Source: a bacterium (GTDB lineage: Bacteria > UBA10199 > 2-02-FULL-50-16 > JAJFLM01). From it: a stretch of 64,000 nucleotides of DNA. Numbering within the stretch: the first letter of the stretch is position 1; each line of letters opens with the position of its first letter. Under the pieces are notes generated by a model, which saw nothing but the letters and a program-made list of their open reading frames with translations, was not told where the DNA came from and made no database searches. Location of the stretch: assembly GCA_965216315.1 (NCBI GenBank), contig CBDCFN010000016.1:544001-608000 (forward strand), read 5' to 3'. This document shows positions 59,488 through 64,000 of this stretch, one piece after another. The translations under genes were made by a program, and so were the position numbers.

Positions 59488-60639
59488 ATGAATACTCCAA
59501 GTGCCTACCATTCCTATTTTAATCAGGCTCATGATGTTGTCCGCAAGCGTGTGCGTAACTTCATTGATAGTGAGGTGAAACCCTATATCGATGAATGGGA
59601 AGAGAATGAGCAGATTCCTAGAGAACTCCATTATCGTGCAGCTGAGCTAGGAATATTGGGGATAGGTTTCCCTGATTCATGTGGCGGGCTCTCGGGGGAT
59701 GTATTTTTTCAAGTTGCGGCAAATGAAGAGATAGCACGTGCTGGATCATGTGGGTTGTCTGCCAGCCTAGCTTCTCATGCGTTGGCATTACCTCCTATAG
59801 TTAGGGATGGAACAGATGAACAGAAAGAAAAATTTGTGAAACCAGTTTTATTGGGAAAGAAAATAGCTGCAGTCGCGATTTCAGAGACTGAACGAGGCTC
59901 AGATGTTGCAAACATAACGACGACCGCTGTGCGTGATGGAGATTTCTATATCGTTAACGGGAAGAAAGATTTCGTTACTTGTGGAGGACGTGCAGACCAA
60001 ATAACTTGTGCAGTTCGGACTGGAGGTGAAGGTGCTCATGGAATCAGTCTTTTAGTTATCGAAGCTGGCACTCCTGGATATTCTGTGAAGCGGGGACGCA
60101 AATTCATGGGTTGGTGGTCTGCTGAAATTGTAGAAATCGAACTGAAAGACTGTCGTGTTCCCATCTCCAATCGAATCGGGAATGAAAATGAAGGCTTTTA
60201 TAGTATTATGGCTAATTTCCAGATGGAAAGACTCCACTTGTCAGTCATTGCTAATACAAGTTCTCAGGTAGCCTATGAGGAAGCTATGGCATACTCAAAG
60301 GAGCGAGAAGTCTTTGGCAAGGAGATATTTAATTATCAGGTTACGCAGCACAAACTCGTGGATATGCTAACTCTATTGGAAGCAACTAAGGCGTTTACTT
60401 ATCAAGTTGCTGCTAAAATTGGAGCGGGAATAGATCAGACGAAAGAAATAGCAATGGTTAAAAACTTTGCTTGTGACGCTAGTAATAAGATTATCTATGA
60501 TGCTGTTCAGCTTTTCGGAGGTAAAGGTTATGTGCGTGGATACGTAGTCGAGAGACTCTTTCGTGATAATCGTGCGCTTGCGATTGGAGGCGGGACGTCA
60601 GAGATCATGAAGGAGATCGTTGCTAAGTTCATGCTTTAA
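59488..60639 (+). CDS. Acyl-CoA dehydrogenase family protein
   Basis: AISETERGSDVA, VNGKKDF, ERL, GGKGY, IGGGTSEIM. Confidence 0.9.
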   Translation: MNTPSAYHSYFNQAHDVVRKRVRNFIDSEVKPYIDEWEENEQIPRELHYRAAELGILGIGFPDSCGGLSGDVFFQVAANEEIARAGSCGLSASLASHALALPPIVRDGTDEQKEKFVKPVLLGKKIAAVAISETERGSDVANITTTAVRDGDFYIVNGKKDFVTCGGRADQITCAVRTGGEGAHGISLLVIEAGTPGYSVKRGRKFMGWWSAEIVEIELKDCRVPISNRIGNENEGFYSIMANFQMERLHLSVIANTSSQVAYEEAMAYSKEREVFGKEIFNYQVTQHKLVDMLTLLEATKAFTYQVAAKIGAGIDQTKEIAMVKNFACDASNKIIYDAVQLFGGKGYVRGYVVERLFRDNRALAIGGGTSEIMKEIVAKFML

Positions 60640-63097
60640 CTCCGCTTTTTTTGTATTGAACCAGCAAGTACTGTTCACCATTTACTTCTATGCGTTCTGC
60701 TTTAAGGTCCATAAGGACGGGACCTGACTTGCCTATCATTTCGATGTTTTTCCATTCTCCCGTACCTAATCGGATGGTACTTTGCACCATTGCCGGTATG
60801 CGTGTTAAGTCGGCTTTTCCAATTAAACCTTGAATGTTGAGGGCCTCTACTTCGGAACGAGTATAGCCGAGGAAAGTCTTAAATTTAGTGCTGTTGAGGA
60901 TGGGCAAAATGAGACCGCTCTCGCTATTAATGACTTTGTATAGCGTTACAATCAGATCTAAATTGTCGAGGACAATTTTGTTGGCCTCGAGTCGCTTCAG
61001 GGCTTTGGCGCGTTCGTCCGCTCTAATAAGCGAAAACCAACCCCAGTCTTTTGCTGTCGTTCCAATGGTGGCAGCATGAAGGTCGTAATGAACATAGCCA
61101 TCGGTTTTTTTTAATCGTATCAGTTCCAAACGGCCACTACCGGTCGTGGCGACAGTATCGAGAAATTCTTTTAAGGAGCTTAAGTCATCCGGGTGACAGC
61201 GTTGCTTCAGGACAGTCGATGAAATCTCTTGTCCTAGGAGATCCTTTCCGGCCTGGCTGATTGCCCGTAAGCGGAATCCAGCATGGTTGCTCCATAAGCC
61301 GACGGGCTCTGTCCACTGCCCCCAGACAATATCCGCCACGCTATCGATCAGCGGCGAGTCGAAGCTCAGTTGGGATACCCAGCGCGATTCAAGCTCCTCA
61401 ATTTTTCGGAGTATTCGCTTCCGGTTAGCGCGTATCAGTTGGCCTTCATTGGAAGGAGCCGGAAAACGATCACGCGCGCGTTTATATTCATCGATAGCAT
61501 CTTTAAGTTGACCATTCTTTTCTAAGCTTTGAGCGCGCCAAGTCAGCAGTTCGTAGAGCATCGTCCCTGCATTTTTATATCGGTCTTCAGGGTTACGGGA
61601 AAGCGCTGTTAAGATAATACCTTGAATTTCGATTGGTATGTCTCGTGTAGGACTGACGTGTCGTAGTGGCCTTGCTTCATTTCGGAGCTTCTTCATAAGC
61701 TGATCAACGCAGAGTGCATTCCCTTTCTTGCTATTTGGACTGTTGAATGGCAGCACGTCGGTAAAGAGCTGGTATAGTGTTACGCCTAATGCATAAACAT
61801 CGCGTGTGTAAGATTCTTTTCTTTCATGTGTAAATGCTTCGGGCGGCATGAAATGAGGTGTTCCTGCTGCATCACAATCCTCATCTTCCTGGCAGGCGAG
61901 GCCGAAATCGCCAAGACGCGCTTTCCCGCGATAGAGAAATAGATTTTCAGGTTTAATGTCACGATGAATAATTTTTTGATCATGCGCGACCAGTGCAGCC
62001 GTTACGACTTGTTCGGAGATAGTAAGTCTTTCATTTAGGTCGTAGTCGTGTGAAATAGCCCATTCGTATAAGTTTGAGTCTAATATTTCCATCACAATGA
62101 AAGGTGCGCCTTTGGTCGTGAGACCACGTTCGTATACTGTTACTATGCTGTGCTCTTGGATGCGTGCCTGGAGTTCGGCTTCGCGTGCCATGCATTCAGT
62201 GAGTTTTGCGGCATAGACAGCGTCTAAGTTTTCGATGCTTAATGCCTTGATTGCAACTTCACGTCGCAGCATGCGATCATAGGCTCTATACACAGTTGCC
62301 TGAGCTCCTTCGCCCAGAACCTGTTGGAGCAGATAAGGAGAATTAAACCGCCCCTCTATTGCCAATGTTCGAGGCAATGTATTCGCTGCAGTAGATATGA
62401 CTTTTTTGCGCGAAGCGCCTGGGCCAAAACGGACTGATGGAATGATGGTTACTGGAGTCACGTGGATTTCACCGGTTTCTCCGATGACGCGACGAAACGG
62501 AATGACCCTATCCGTGCTGTCAAGCTGTTGATCGGCTGGTGAGCGGATTAAACCTGTTTCCATTAAAAAATTTTCTAATGATTCGAACGTGGGCGGGAGT
62601 ATACCGTCGTTTATTAGATCATCTATCAGTTCTATTCCGCTAATAGTGGTTTTATCTTGTAATCGCTCAATTTTTTCTAAGAGCGTATCAATGATAAGTC
62701 GCGCAGGTGCATTTAGGTGATTGCTCCAGAGGCTTAGCCGATAATTTTCTAATAGAGCCTGTGCCGTTTGACGGCTTAGTACGCTATCTAAAGATGCCGC
62801 GGTGAGCGCACGTATGGCATAACGGACTTGATCCGTTGCATGAAGCCGTTCCCTGAATAGCGGAATAACTGCAGGCAATAATAGTTTTGAGTTGCCAGCG
62901 AGATGTTGGAATTCGCTGGATGTCTTGCTGAACGGTCGACCGTCTTTATTGTAGGCCAGGCCGTAGAAGTGTTGATCTGCTGCAGATTGGGGGAAATTTG
63001 TCGTGCCTTCAAGAGATTGTAAGGCGATGGCTTGGCCATGCAGAAAACCAGTGAGGGATACTGGAGCCGTAGATGATAGGATTCCTAGTGTAACCAT
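60629..63097 (-). CDS. Hanks-type Ser/Thr protein kinase with C-terminal PAS-like domains
   Basis: LGEGAQATVY, VAIK, HRDIKPEN, DFG, GTPHFMPPE, DVYALG; PAS-like HPDD..., FLGYTRSEV. Confidence 0.88.
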   Translation of the reverse strand: MVTLGILSSTAPVSLTGFLHGQAIALQSLEGTTNFPQSAADQHFYGLAYNKDGRPFSKTSSEFQHLAGNSKLLLPAVIPLFRERLHATDQVRYAIRALTAASLDSVLSRQTAQALLENYRLSLWSNHLNAPARLIIDTLLEKIERLQDKTTISGIELIDDLINDGILPPTFESLENFLMETGLIRSPADQQLDSTDRVIPFRRVIGETGEIHVTPVTIIPSVRFGPGASRKKVISTAANTLPRTLAIEGRFNSPYLLQQVLGEGAQATVYRAYDRMLRREVAIKALSIENLDAVYAAKLTECMAREAELQARIQEHSIVTVYERGLTTKGAPFIVMEILDSNLYEWAISHDYDLNERLTISEQVVTAALVAHDQKIIHRDIKPENLFLYRGKARLGDFGLACQEDEDCDAAGTPHFMPPEAFTHERKESYTRDVYALGVTLYQLFTDVLPFNSPNSKKGNALCVDQLMKKLRNEARPLRHVSPTRDIPIEIQGIILTALSRNPEDRYKNAGTMLYELLTWRAQSLEKNGQLKDAIDEYKRARDRFPAPSNEGQLIRANRKRILRKIEELESRWVSQLSFDSPLIDSVADIVWGQWTEPVGLWSNHAGFRLRAISQAGKDLLGQEISSTVLKQRCHPDDLSSLKEFLDTVATTGSGRLELIRLKKTDGYVHYDLHAATIGTTAKDWGWFSLIRADERAKALKRLEANKIVLDNLDLIVTLYKVINSESGLILPILNSTKFKTFLGYTRSEVEALNIQGLIGKADLTRIPAMVQSTIRLGTGEWKNIEMIGKSGPVLMDLKAERIEVNGEQYLLVQYKKSGVKA

Positions 63098-63122
63098 GAC
63101 AATGGGGCCAGTTTGCGCATTT

Positions 63123-63148
63123 TGTCGCCGATTGATGGAATGAGTTGT
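63123..63148 (-). promoter_or_regulatory. ECF-sigma-like promoter motif ACAAC-N16-CGACA
   Basis: Recurrent motif upstream of the kinase gene. Confidence 0.45.
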
Positions 63149-63188
63149 GCTTTAGTTAAGCTCATTGAAGAAAAAGTGTTTACACGAG

Positions 63189-63932
63189 TTAATGTTTATA
63201 TTGCCAAAATTTTAAGCAGGTCACTTCATGTTGTGCGGCGATAGCGGCGATGGTTCCGGGGTCAGGCTGGAAGGAATGGAGACTCCAAGGGATTTGGTTT
63301 AGCTTAGTTGATTGGAACTCGATACGGCATTGCTGTTCACTGGGGTGACCGGAAACGGAGAATTCCTGAAGCTTCGGTTTTCCGCTCAGTCCACCACCAC
63401 ATGCCTTGAGTACGGCTTCTTTGCGGGTCCAGAGACTCAAAAAGGTGGCATGCTTGAGCTGATCGGAGGCTTCGGCATATTCGGCATACTCTGTTGCAGT
63501 GAAATTGCGGCGGGCGATCATGTTGTCTTCGTTCCTTCTTGAAAGGCACTCAACATCAACGCCTAGCGAGCGATCTCTTCCTATTGCGATTAATCCGATA
63601 CGTTGTGAATGTGACATGTTAAATTCATAACTGATGGACCCATAGGGTCGCTTCAACGCCGGTTTGTCAAACTCGCCGTAAGTAAACTCAAATTGGGTTG
63701 GAGAACAATTTGTATAGTATGATAAAATCAGGCGAAGTGCGTTATGTGCATTTGTATAGCGACGCTCTAATTCGGCCGTAGCAAATTTAGCTGCTTGTTC
63801 TTGTTCCTTAGGAGAAAGGAAGTTTTTTCCTGGTGATGAGTCAAGATCAATTTTCCAGATATGAATCGTATCAGAAGATTCTATAGTTAGTCTTTTAGGT
63901 GGTTCCAGCCACTGCGTGTTAACGTTTGTCAT
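63189..63932 (-). CDS. Sfp-type 4'-phosphopantetheinyl transferase
   Basis: KP.L, FNMSHS, LGVDVE, WTRKEAVLKA.G.GL. Confidence 0.92.
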   Translation of the reverse strand: MTNVNTQWLEPPKRLTIESSDTIHIWKIDLDSSPGKNFLSPKEQEQAAKFATAELERRYTNAHNALRLILSYYTNCSPTQFEFTYGEFDKPALKRPYGSISYEFNMSHSQRIGLIAIGRDRSLGVDVECLSRRNEDNMIARRNFTATEYAEYAEASDQLKHATFLSLWTRKEAVLKACGGGLSGKPKLQEFSVSGHPSEQQCRIEFQSTKLNQIPWSLHSFQPDPGTIAAIAAQHEVTCLKFWQYKH

Positions 63933-64000
63933 GATTGATCTGGCGGTACGCCTCGTAGAGGGCGATTCCCACTGAAGTCGCTAAGTTTAAGCTCCTAACT

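Noticed and set aside
63940..63975. Third copy of the 110-nt hairpin element (GTACGCCT)
   Set aside because: Only 8 nt match; the flanking conserved blocks and stems are absent.

Overview
Gene-dense Gram-negative bacterial chromosome segment; gene content suggests a deltaproteobacteria-like lineage (inference only). No rRNA, tRNA, CRISPR array or transposase was recognised. Left part: porin, FMN-binding protein and ExbBD; metH with a candidate SAM-II riboswitch; a 2444-aa membrane-anchored coiled-coil/PP2C/FHA/kinase protein and a shorter paralogue; a LeuT-like transporter; gdhA; bioB. Middle: a compact sphingolipid operon (PAP2/IPC-synthase-like, serine palmitoyltransferase, ceramide-synthase-like GNAT), a DEAD-box helicase, a fatty-acid hydroxylase and a probable metal-uptake operon led by a Cys/Pro-rich ORF. 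Right part (34-64 kb): a lipid synthesis and export region with two MMPL paralogues, a sigma54 two-component pair, a beta-propeller protein with a PPLPPLP tract next to an outer-membrane barrel carrying two WW domains, a LolA-like carrier, two acyl-CoA dehydrogenases, an acyl-synthetase-ACP-acyltransferase fusion, a FAAL-ACP-C/Cy-A(Ser) NRPS with a separate T-R protein (predicted N-acyl-serinol-type lipid) and a PPTase. Non-coding signals: a recurrent CAAC-N16/18-CGA promoter-like motif before orphan genes, two copies of a ~110-nt hairpin element with compensatory stems, and two sigma54 promoters. All calls come from reading motifs by eye; no searches were run.
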